DNA of 64,000 bases from Felis catus (taxonomy: Eukaryota): NCBI RefSeq assembly GCF_018350175.1, contig NC_058369.1, forward strand, positions 14,386,001-14,450,000, in the 5' to 3' direction. Positions 29,801 to 39,675 of this stretch are shown here, piece after piece. Below the pieces are notes generated by a model that was not told where the DNA came from, did no database searches, and saw nothing but the letters and a program-made list of their open reading frames with translations. The translations under genes were made by a program, and so were the position numbers. Numbering within the stretch: position 1 is the first letter of the stretch; each line of letters begins with the position of its first letter.

Positions 29801-32800
29801 CCAAGAAACTGAGGGACAGGGGTCAGGGACCTGTGGCTTGAGGAGGATCCTTAAGAGGTCACAGGGACATTCTGTACCCACCTTTCCCCCAGCCTTACCC
29901 TCTTCCTGAGTGCCTGGTGATGACCTGCTTGCCATTTATAGGCACAGGTGCTTTTCTGGGGCCGCATCAACAGCAGGCCACAATAGGCCTCAAGGACCTT
30001 GAGACACTGCCTCTTGTGAAGCAGCACTTCCCATCAGAGCACTGTCAGAGCCGCTAGGATGCCTCAGGAAAAGCACCTTCCCTGGCTCCATCCTGAGAGA
30101 TACTCTACGGTGCGAGGTTGGCCACTGACCTACTCAGATGCATGGCCAGAAGCCAGCACCCTCATCCAGGGTAACACGTCTAAAGGCTATCACAGCATAA
30201 CTATATAGTTACTTCAATCTGTCCTCACTGTCAGGGTGATATGACTACACCAACCAGTCTGGGGCAGAGGTGGTGCAGGCATCCTCATGGCTCAGATGGC
30301 ACTGAGGCCTTATTCTGAATGTGGATGGAGTTAGACACAGTAGGAGCTCTGCTGCCACCACCCTCCACCCTCCTACACAATAGGGCGTGGACTGGCTTTC
30401 CAAGAAAAATGATCATCCTTCCCCAGGGCAGGAGAGCATGCCCTCCAACACGTGGGCCTGTACCTCTGGCCCAAACTGGTAAGCTCAATAATCCACAATG
30501 GGAAGAGGCACCTCTGGTTCTAAGAGGGCTCAGAAAGTGTGCACCCAGGCTAGGGAGCCATGGAAGCTCCTCCTCTCATGTTGGACAAGGACAGACACAA
30601 GCAAGTGCTCCTCGGAGAATGTCCCTGCCCTGGTTGGAGACCAGCCTACGTGAGCGGAGGATGGTTCCTATGGCTCCCAAGACAAAGTCCACAATCTAGA
30701 GCACCTCCACACTTCCCTCTCACTTCTTCCCACATTCTTGCTTCATTCCCCCTAACCATGGAGGGCCCCACTCTGGCCCTCAGCTCAGCCTGGAGGCCCC
30801 CCACCCCCAGCCACACTTTCTTCGTTGGCTGTGGGTCGCACCCACGGAGCTGGAGGAGCAGTATTGGAAGGAAGGTGGCAGCCCCCGCACCTCACCTTTG
30901 ATCTCTAGCCACTGCTCGTAGTCTTCCTCCTCATCCTCATCAGGAGACTGGAAGACGCTTGGGCGGCTGGCCACAGGTAGCTGCTTGGCATGCACGTAGT
31001 TCTTCACCTGGCCTGGTGGGCTGCTGATGAGAGGAGGCCTCTTGCCAGTGCGGGGGAGTACTCGAGTGGGGGCACTGGGCGTGCTGGGTGGGGCATCTTG
31101 GGATGGAAGGAAAGATACTCATGCTCAAGGTCTGTGGTGCACAATTCCCCGTCTTCCCACCTAAACGTATGCCACAAATGCATTAAATGGGGCTGGGTCC
31201 TTGGCTTCCAGCATGGCAACTGGTAGGGGGTGGGAGCTCATTGAGGACACCAACTTCATTTTATAGAAGAGGACACTAAGGCTCAGAGAGGAACGACTGG
31301 TCACGGTCACCCAGCCTGAAGAAGATACCTGCACTCAAAGCCCAGGGATGTGCCAGCTCTTCTGGATAAGACCTGAATCCCCACACCTGGCTTATAACCA
31401 CTCCCTCTCATTGTCAGTGGCAAGCTGATGAGAGCCTATTCAGGGCTTTCAAACACAACTCCTGGCCTGAGGGCCTGCGGTGAAGGACTGATACAGTCTT
31501 TCCTCCCTCTCTGTGGGTGAATTTGGCTTTAGGTTAATTTTCTCAGCTGTCTCCTAGAAAACCTGACAAAGATTGATGGTGTTTTGTTTGGTCAGAAACG
31601 TTCTTACATTAAAAGTAAGCTGATCAGTAAATCGCACAACCACAGACATGGGTGGGCTCCCTACAGCAAGGGATTCTCATACCTCACATGTCTCATGGAG
31701 CTCCTGTGGGCCAGGTGCCCCCCCTCCCCCAATGGATAAGGGTCCCATCCCTCACATCTGAGCTGCTGCTCTAAACCACACTGTGGCCCCACAGTCCTGG
31801 TGTTGGGTTTATAACCCTCCAGGGAGCTTCCCTGGTATAATCTGAAATTGGTCCTTGAACTCAGAGGGCAAGGAAAGACCAAAGAAAGAGGCAGGCCACT
31901 CCAGGTTGGTGGGTAACAACTGTAATAAGCAACAGAAACTTACATGAAGCTTGTCTTAGGTGGCAGCAAAACGAATGGATCCCCACACCCACCCACCAAA
32001 TCTTGAAAGTTTGTATTAAAAAAAAAAAAAAGGCCTTAAATGGGTTCAGTCACATATACCATGCAGGTGTTCTGAATACCACATCCTATCTCAAGGCTAT
32101 GTGCTTAGAGTAGCCTCTGGGAGCGGGGAAGACAAGGAAGCCCCACATTTCAAGTATAGGGGAGAGACTGAGAAGCCTCTAGAGTGCCAGGATCCAGCTC
32201 ACAGGCACATCTTTTCAATGACATTCCCCAACACCTGGGCCATGTTTAGTCAGGGTCCCCCACCCCCACCGACTGAAACCTGGCTTATTTGTCTCTGCTC
32301 CTATGGGGCAAGCACTTTGAAGGCTGGGTCTATGCTCTCCCCCTGGGCATTTACTGTAAGAACGAGAAGAATGAAAGTCCTCAATGAATGCGGGATGAGA
32401 GGAAGAAGTCTGAGGTGGGACCTGCTGTTTCTGAGATGCCCAGAGACCTCCAAGGGGAAAGAGCTGGCAGAGTGAGCCCCAACAGGGGGAGACACAGGAT
32501 GGGGGAGACCGCACTCACCTGTGCTAGTTTGTGCCTTCTGCAACTTCAGAAACTGCTGCAGGAAGCTGCCATCATTAGCAAACTTGTTGGAAACAGAAGA
32601 GTTGTGTGCATTCGCAATTCTAGACCCGAGACAGAGGACAAAGAAAGTGAGCCACAAGAGGAAAGGCAGGGGCCTGCCTCGCCCGTTCCCCCCCAGCATT
32701 CTCACCTAATGGGACCCAAAACCTGCTCCCAAAAATGTCTGGAACTACTGAGAGCAGCCTTCATTGTAAGATGGAACACTCTTATTCTGGTCAAGGCAAT

Positions 32801-35800
32801 ACTACCTATATTGATGTTATCTCTACCTGCAATATTGACCCTACAGGTTCAAACGGTATCTCCAACAAAACAGCTTAAAAGCACCTGATCCTCCTGCACA
32901 GCACCTGTCGTACTTGTCAACTAATTAGCTGGGCTGCTTATTGGCTCCTACGTCTGTCTCTCCTGCCAGACAACAGAGATTTCTAAGGCAGGGCCTGTGT
33001 GTCTGCGTCCATGTGTGACTGCAGTTCTGGGCCTGGGCCAGCCAGCGCTTCTGTGGGTATCACAGGTGCACAGCACAACACCCAAAGCAATCTCTTGGTG
33101 GAAGAACTAAAGGGGAATATTATACTCTTATTATTTTTACACTCTTTTTTGTTTGCAAAAAGTATATTTAAACATGTATTTTCAACAAGTCAGCACTAAA
33201 GCAAACGCAGGGACCCAAATGTTTAATTCAAATCTTGGGGTGCCTGGGTGGGTGGCTCAGTTGGTTAAGCTTCTGACTTCAGCTCGGGTCATGATCTTAC
33301 AGTCTGTGAGTTTGAGCACCACGTCGGGCTCTGTGCTGACAGCTCAGAATCTGGAGCCTGCTTCAGATTCCGTGACTCTCTCCCTTCCTCTCCCTCTCCC
33401 CCTCCCCCTCTCTCTCTCTCTCTGTCCCTCAAAAAAAATATTTAAATTCAAATCCATTTTCCCTGATAAAAGCAATAAATGTTTATTATGGAGCAATCAG
33501 GAACATATAGAAATAGAAATCAAAGGGAAAAATCCGAAAGTCTTTTCCCCTCAGAACAGCCACTGCTAATTCTTCCGTATTTTTCTTTGAAATAGAAGGA
33601 AATAAGGCTACAATCATAGTATATATCCTATTCTTCCATTTTCTGCTGTAACATACAATCTTGCCCAAATCTCAGAAATTCCTTGTATATACTGCTTTCA
33701 AGACCCTACCTTACTCAATCCAATAATTGGTAAAAGCTTATCGAGCCCATAGATCTAGCCTTTTTCCTTCAAAATTAAGTTTTATTCTTCTAGAAATGTT
33801 ATAACAAACTAAAAATGGAAACACCCTCATCACAAAAAGCACTGGTTAAATAAATTATAAGACTTCCATAGGGCTGCAGATGAAGGAGCCCTGAAAAGCT
33901 AAAATTTTAGAAACAAAGCAATAAAGCACATTAAGTGAAAAACAAAAAAAGCAGGATATGAAACAACTATAGTATGGCCCTATTTATATCAAAAAATATT
34001 TGAATTTAAAAACAAGTATTTGAGTTAAAAATTATTAGAAAAATCCATCAAAATGCAACCAGCACTGTCTGTGGGTTGCAGGGTTATGACTGATTTTGGT
34101 TTTGCCTTGTTTTCCTCTCCTTTATTTTCCAGAATATCTACCCTGTATAATTTTTTTTTTTCTTTTTTTTTTTAACACAAAGGAGGATCTGCAGATAACT
34201 AGCTTTAGCATTAAACAAGCAGGGGCCTTTGGCAGCCCTTGTGCTCATACTGTTACCTCCCTCAAGAGGGAGGGAAAGAAAGTGGGGACAATGAAAGACA
34301 AGAAAACACCTCAGGGCAGCAGCAAGACAGCAAATGAATCCCACTTATTAACAGATGGTAAGGGATATTATGCCGTTAAAAAATGCTGGCTCTTAGGGGT
34401 GCCTGGGTGGCTCAGTTGGTTAAGCATCCAACTTCGACTCAGGTCATGATCTTGTGGTTCGTGGGCTCAAGCCCCGCATCGGGCTCTGTGCTGACAGCTC
34501 AGATCCTGAAGCCTGCTTCAGATTCTGTGTACCCCCCTCTCTCTGCCCCACCCCTGCTCATGCTGTCTCTTTCTGTCTTTCAAAAATGAACATTAAAAAA
34601 TTTTTTTTAATGCTGGCTCTTAAAGAACAGATAAACAAAACATGTTCCATCCACCCAACAGAATATTATTTGGCCGTAAAAAGCAATGACGTCCTGACAC
34701 ATACTAAAAAGTGATGAACCTTGACAGCATTATGTCCAGTGAAAGAAGCCAACACAAAACGCCAAATGTTATATGAAATGTCTACAATAGCTTAATCCAC
34801 AAAGACAGTAAATTAAGAGCTGGGGAAATAAGGAGTAACTGCAAATGGGCACTGCGTTTCCTTTTGGGGTGATACAAATGTTCCAGAACTAGAGAGCAGT
34901 GATGACTGCATGACGCTGTGAATATACTAAAGAATCACTAAATTGTACAATTTCAAAGATCAATTTTATGGCACACTAATTACATCTCAAGAATAAACCT
35001 TGATGAATGAACCTACGATGGTTCTAAAGAGTTGTAATGCAAGGAAAAGCTTTTCTTTTAAAAAGTTGAGGGGGAAGTGGCAAATAAAATTGATCACAAC
35101 TTTGCGAAACAAAGCAAAGACATGGGAGGGGACTATAGCAAAGTGGATGTCTTGAAGCAACTTGAATATTTCTTATTTCTCCAGTGAGAAATTCTATTGT
35201 TTTTTAAACGTTTATTTATTTATTTTGAGAGAGAGTGCAATATAGACAGCAAGCAGGGGAGGGGCAGAGAGAGAGGGAGAATCCCAAGCAGGCTCTGCAC
35301 TGTCAGTGTGGAGCCTGACACGGGGCTCAACCTCACAAAACGTGAGATCACGATCTGAGCCGAAATCAAGAGTTGGATGCTAAATCGACTGAGCCACCCA
35401 GACACCCCTTCAGTGAGAAATTCTAAAACTTGTTGTTCTACGCTTTTACAACAAAGAAATTAACTTTATTTCCAAAGCCACCTGTATTATGCACCCACCC
35501 ACGTGATGCTCCCCTTCAGCTGTCTGATCCTGGTGTTAGGATCCAGCTGATTCTGGGATCTCTTGAAAGCATTCCTACAGGTCTTTCCCATCCTGGTACA
35601 AGTCCTTCCATAACTCTAGGGCAAGAGCCCACAAGCCCACTGACTTACAAATCACTCCATATCTAGTCTCCACATTCATGAGTGCCTCAGAGACCCCAGG
35701 CTCTGGGTTCCCATAAGAATATGGTCTAGGGGCGCATAGGTGGCTCAGGTGGTTAAGCATCTAACTCTTGGTTTCGGCTCAGATCATGGTCTCACAGATT

Positions 35801-37408
35801 GTGAGATGGAGCCCCATGTCGGGCTCTGCACTGGCAGCGCGGAGCCTGCCTGGGATTCTCTCTCTCCCTCTCTGCCCCTCCCCGCTCATGCACACACGTG
35901 CTCTCTCAAAATAAATAAATCAACTTAAAAAAAGAAACAATAAGGTCTAAGTGCTGCCCTCAAGGAGATGCCACAAATGCTTAGAAAAGGTGGGAGGGGA
36001 GCTGGGCCAGCTCTGGAGAGGGTTTAATATGTTCCATGCTTCACACCCCAGAGGAAGGGGCCTGCCTCTCTGATTATCGACCTCCAGCCTGAAAATTCTT
36101 AGATCCTGTCATCCTGATCACATCACTCCTGCTCAAAACTCTTGGGAGCCCTCAACATTTCTCAGGAAAGGCAGGAGGGAACGCTGCCTGATCTACCCCC
36201 TGCCTGGCTCTGAAACAATTCCTTTGGTGCAACAGCTTAGCCACCTGACACACAAGGGCTCTCTTCCCTTCCTGCCTTCTGCCAGACAGGCCTTTCCCTA
36301 CTTCCTCGACAGGCTGGCTCTGAGAACAGAAGAGCCTCTTCTGGGCTCCTACAGTGGCCGCTGCACGAGGGAACACACTACCTCATGTCACCCACTGGCA
36401 GCTCTGGGGGTAGAACTGGCACTCCCTTTATTAGTAGACCATGAGTCCCATAAGGGTAGAGATGGAGTTTGGGTCTTTGCTCTGTGCTACATCTCTGGCC
36501 CCAAGGCCACAGCTGCTCAGCACTAAATAACTGGTGAATACAGGCAGGCCATCTCTGAGCTCCCACATACCCCTCATTTCTCTCTTGCCACCTGAGCCTC
36601 CTGAAAGAGCATCTGTGTCACTCCTTGCATCATCAGGCTGTGGCCAGGTGCAGGTATAACCTGACTGACCTTGAACACAAAAACTTCTGCCAGTGACCCT
36701 CGAAGACCCCAATCCAGCCACAAGGGGCACTTACTCGCCAGGATGTGGGGGCTGAGGGCTGATGACCACCTGATTCTGCTTGGCTTTCTGCTCCATTTTG
36801 GCTTCAATTTCACGTTTCTTCTGAGCAATGAGCTCTTCCTGGTGAAGTATGTTCATGTTCATTTTTCCAGACTTGGGAGGTGCAACCCCAAACCACCGGT
36901 TAGCTTTCCCTGGGGAGACAGAAGCATATCAGAAATCATCATTGCAGGGGGCGCCTGGGTGGCTCAGTCGGTTGAGCGACCGACTTCGGCTCAGGTCATG
37001 ATCTCACGGTTCGTGAGTTCGAGCCCTGCATGAGGCTCTGTGCTGACAGCTTGGAGCCTGGAGCCTGCTTCGGATTCTGTGTCCCCCCCCCCCCCCCCCC
37101 CGCCCCACCCCTGCTTGTGCTCTGTCTCTGTCTTTCAAAAATGAATAAACATTAAAAAAAAAAAATCATCATTGCTCCACAAACATGTTCAGCAGCTGCT
37201 ACAGGAACGGCCCAGTTGCTGCTGCCTGCATCAACAGACATTTAAGCGTCCATTTCTTTATTTACTCCATGAATGTTTACTGAGTTATGTACCAGGTGCT
37301 CTGCTCAACTAGGGAAGGGGTCTCTGCCCATGAGGATCTCACCTTGGGGTAAAAAGACAATAGACTTACAACGAAAAAGTACCCACAAAATCCTAAGAGC
37401 TCTCTGAT

Positions 37409-37439
<31 letters not shown>

Positions 37440-39044
37440 GAAGAATAATAGAAGAGCAACCTATACAGCTAGAGCAGCCAGAAAATAACTGTTAGCAAAG
37501 AAGACCTCTTAAGCTAAAACCAGAAAGATAAAGAGCCAGCCTCCCGAAAAGCCACATGGGGAACTATCTTGGCAGAGTAAGGAGAAGTTGCAAAAGCCTA
37601 AGGCAAAAAGAAGCCTGGTATAATCAAGGACCGACCAGCAAGGGCCCAGTGTGGCCAGAGTGGACTGTTACAGGAATGGGGGTGGGAGGCCAATGTAGGA
37701 GTCCAGGTTTTACTTAAAGGGCTTTGGGAAGTGACAAGGGAGTATTATGCTGACAAACAGTATTTTTAAGGTCATTACGGCTACTACTTGGAGAGAGTAC
37801 ATGGTGGCAGCAAGAGACCAATAAGGAGGTGTACTGGCTCCAACTAAAAGATAATGGTGTCTTCAGATGACCCTGTTAAGTGTAGAAATGAACAAGACAC
37901 TTCAAAAGCGTCCCATGGGACTCAGAATAAAATCCAAATTCTGAAAGTTGACTTTCAGAAATGACTCCCCTCCTCACTTCCACTTCATTCTTTTTTTAAC
38001 TTTATTTTGAGAGAAAGACAGAGAGAGAGAGCAAGTGGGGGGGGGGGGGAGAGAGGGAGGGAGGGAGGGAGGGAGGGAATCCCAAGCAGGCTCTGCACTG
38101 TCAGCGCAGAGCCCGATGTGGGGCTTGAACTCATGAACCATGAGATCATGACCTGAGCTGAAGTCGGAGGCTCAACCAACTGAGCCACTCAGGTGCCCCC
38201 CACTTCATTCTTGATATTCTTCAAAACGACAAGCTTCCCTCCAGGCACTCCCATAGTTGGCACCCTCTCATCTCAAATGCTTTCTGCTTAAAAAGACCTT
38301 CCTTGACTACCTAGTATCAGCAGCCTCCACCTCCATTCTCTCACGTCATTATAACCTCTGTAAATATTTCCTCTTGGTGCACTGTCTGACGCCCCAGTAG
38401 AAAGTAATCTTCAGGAAGGCAGGGCCCTTTTTGGTTACCACTGCAACCCCAGCGCCTAGCACTGTGCCTGGCACACAGTATTTGCTGAATGGGTGAATGC
38501 ACCCCAGTCGGAGGTTGGGGGGGGGGGGCGCGGCTAGTCTGGGAGAGAGGGAAAGGCAAGCCTTGTGTTCAAGTGGGGGCTCGAAAGACCCAGGTAAGTG
38601 TGTACAAGGAGTCCTAGAGTAGTTCGGAAAAGCAGCTTTTCCAGAAAGCGGACACAGGCCAGACGGCGGCTCCTCGAAGAAAGGGGCGCAGGACAGCCCA
38701 AGGTTGCCGCTGTTTCGGGGAGCAGAGCTCTGAGCAGCTCTGAAGGCGATTATTTCGGAAAGAGAGCGCAGGACTGCCCCAGTGGCGGCCTTTACGGAAT
38801 ACCCGCGCCCTCAGCAAACCAGGCGGTGGGGGCAGCAACTGGGTCTGGGGTCTCGAGAGACCGGGAAGATGCAGAAGCCGCCACTTCGGGACGCCCTGGG
38901 GGCTGAGGCGAGGGGCTAATAGGTCGGGGTAAACCCAACGGGACGACGAAACGGCGACGCGTAGCCCCGAGGACCCAGGCGGACGCTTGAGGGGAGGCGG
39001 GAGCTGTTACCTGCAACATCCCGGTTGTCCATCTTGAGACTCAT
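7660..39044 (-). CDS. SUGP1: SURP and G-patch domain-containing protein 1 (splicing factor 4), complete, 14 coding exons, 636 aa
   Basis: Exons 39011-39044, 36735-36909, 32519-32619, 30896-31096, 28686-28809, 28257-28357, 27268-27391, 18414-18769, 10761-10867, 9693-9870, 9160-9266, 8167-8312, 7956-8085 and 7660-7686 sum to 1911 nt with consistent phases. Protein runs [12 protein letters not shown]...NNPRRPYY*, with two SURP motifs, a KKKRKSRWG motif and a G-patch ([25 protein letters not shown]). Confidence 0.97.
7956..8085 (-). CDS. SUGP1: SUGP1 exon 13
   Basis: [43 protein letters not shown]. Confidence 0.95.
8167..8312 (-). CDS. SUGP1: SUGP1 exon 12 (G-patch)
   Basis: [48 protein letters not shown]. 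Confidence 0.96.
9160..9266 (-). CDS. SUGP1: SUGP1 exon 11
   Basis: [36 protein letters not shown]. Confidence 0.95.
9693..9870 (-). CDS. SUGP1: SUGP1 exon 10
   Basis: [59 protein letters not shown]. Confidence 0.95.
10761..10867 (-). CDS. SUGP1: SUGP1 exon 9
   Basis: [36 protein letters not shown]; donor GTAAGT. Confidence 0.95.
12808..13190 (+). mobile_element. Two nested Can-SINEs with a (TTCA)n microsatellite
   Basis: Heads gggtggctcagtc and gggtggcttggttaag; (ATTC)n at about 12917-12952. Confidence 0.85.
14168..14264. repeat. Compound (GAG)n(AAG)n microsatellite, 97-nt pure purine tract
   Basis: Read directly from the sequence. Confidence 0.97.
14791..14840. repeat. (AC)25 microsatellite
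   Basis: Read directly from the sequence. Confidence 0.98.
15160..16157 (-). mobile_element. Solo ERVL-class LTR (MER21-like) nested in the L1
   Basis: About 1 kb non-L1 block flanked by a 5-bp duplication TGGTT (15155-15159 and 16158-16162), ending ...CA. The minus strand contains CTTGGAATTTCCTGAGTGATAAGAG, as I recall for the MER21 family. Confidence 0.8.
16360..16564 (+). mobile_element. Can-SINE
   Basis: SINEC head and tail; duplicated acatagcta flanks. Confidence 0.9.
18414..18769 (-). CDS. SUGP1: SUGP1 exon 8
   Basis: [24 protein letters not shown]...[35 protein letters not shown]; donor CAG|GTGGGC. Confidence 0.95.
20915..21285 (+). mobile_element. Two nested Can-SINEs
   Basis: Heads at about 20915 and 21046. 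Confidence 0.85.
21929..21961. repeat. (AAAC)n microsatellite
   Basis: Read directly from the sequence. Confidence 0.95.
22297..22988. mobile_element. SINE cluster: + (22297-22480), nested - (22486-22684), young + (22746-22981)
   Basis: Three SINEC bodies with target-site duplications. Confidence 0.92.
23836..24050 (+). mobile_element. Can-SINE
   Basis: SINEC head, (CT)n and A-rich tail. Confidence 0.88.
24665..24874 (-). mobile_element. Can-SINE
   Basis: Reverse-oriented SINEC ending ccacccaggcgcccc. Confidence 0.9.
27268..27391 (-). CDS. SUGP1: SUGP1 exon 7 (SURP2 N-half)
   Basis: [42 protein letters not shown]; donor CAG|GTAAGG. Confidence 0.95.
28257..28357 (-). CDS. SUGP1: SUGP1 exon 6 (SURP1 C-half)
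   Basis: [33 protein letters not shown]; donor AAG|GTAAGT. Confidence 0.95.
28686..28809 (-). CDS. SUGP1: SUGP1 exon 5 (SURP1 N-half)
   Basis: [42 protein letters not shown]; donor TC|GTAAGT. Confidence 0.95.
29190..29570 (-). mobile_element. Old L1 (L1MC4-like) fragment
   Basis: Motifs cttcaagctggctcctgag and cagccatttctccaagaagtcctggtt. Confidence 0.6.
30896..31096 (-). CDS. SUGP1: SUGP1 exon 4
   Basis: [10 protein letters not shown]...[32 protein letters not shown]; aag acceptor, donor AAG|GTGAGG. Confidence 0.88.
32519..32619 (-). CDS. SUGP1: SUGP1 exon 3
   Basis: [33 protein letters not shown]; tag acceptor, donor GTGAGT. Confidence 0.93.
33236..35940. mobile_element. Can-SINEs at about 33236-33445 (+), 34396-34610 (+), 35200-35408 (-), 35729-35940 (+)
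   Basis: SINEC consensus features; duplications aatgctggctctta and cagtgagaaattcta. Confidence 0.88.
34620..35000 (+). mobile_element. L1MB-like 3' UTR fragment
   Basis: gaatattatttggccgtaaaaag...gtttccttttggggtgat...tgtgaatatactaaa. Confidence 0.75.
36735..36909 (-). CDS. SUGP1: SUGP1 exon 2
   Basis: [48 protein letters not shown]...; donor GA|GTAAGT. Confidence 0.93.
36946..37162 (+). mobile_element. Can-SINE with an internal poly-C run
   Basis: 13-bp duplication AAATCATCATTGC at 36933-36945 and 37163-37175. Confidence 0.93.
37250..38500. mobile_element. L2 remnants in SUGP1 intron 1, with a nested minus-strand SINE at about 37990-38199
   Basis: L2 3'-end motif cccagcgcctagcactgtgcctggcacacagtatttgctgaatg at about 38447-38499. 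Confidence 0.6.
39011..39044 (-). CDS. SUGP1: SUGP1 exon 1 (coding part)
   Basis: [11 protein letters not shown]; donor CAG|GTAACA. Confidence 0.93.
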
Positions 39045-39399
39045 CCAATCCCACAATGCTCCGGTTCCACTTGAGAAGACTAGTTATAGTGCGCATGGCC
39101 TGACGGGAGATGTAGTCTGTGTCGGCCAACCAAGCCCGGCCACTCCGTGGATACCTGGAGCCTTTCCCCAAGGAAAGCAAACCTCAGCCTATTGGCAGTT
39201 TCTGGTCTCAGTCCCGCGGACCAAAGGACATCGCCTTTTCTCACACCTTCCCGGAGCCTCAGACACTCCAAAGACAAACTACATGTTCCAGAATGCTTTA
39301 TGCGGCAGCTCTCGCGAGAGACGTGAGAAGCGCCCCGCCCCGCCCCACGCTCCTGCTTCCGCCTCCCTGTGGCGGCGGCTTGTTGTTGTGGAGGCCGAA
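39045..39399. promoter_or_regulatory. Bidirectional SUGP1/MAU2 promoter in a CpG island (about 38600-39950)
   Basis: Divergent ATGs at 39044 (-) and 39400 (+). ZNF143/THAP11-type motifs at 39049-39059, 39091-39117 (-) and 39277-39299; TCTCGCGAGA at 39310-39319; ATTGG at about 39192; GC boxes at 39331-39346; YY1-like AAATGGCGGC over the MAU2 ATG. Confidence 0.9.
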
Positions 39400-39675
39400 A
39401 TGGCGGCTCAAGCAGCGGCGGCGGCTCAGGCGGCGGCGGCCCAGGCAGCGCAGGCGGAGGCGGCCGAGTCGTGGTACCTGGCGCTTCTGGGCTTCGCCGA
39501 GCACTTCCGCACTTCCAGCCCGCCCAAGATCCGCCTGTGTGTGCACTGCCTGCAGGCCGTGTTCCCCTTCAAGCCGCCTCAGCGCATCGAGGCCCGCACG
39601 CACTTGCAGCTCGGTTCCGTGCTCTACCACCACACCAAGAACAGCGAGCAGGCGCGCAGCCACCTGGAGAAGGCG
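39400..39675 (+). CDS. MAU2: MAU2 exon 1 (coding part)
   Basis: 276 nt; Ala/Gln-rich N-terminus through ...ARSHLEKA; donor GCG|GTGAGC. Confidence 0.95.
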
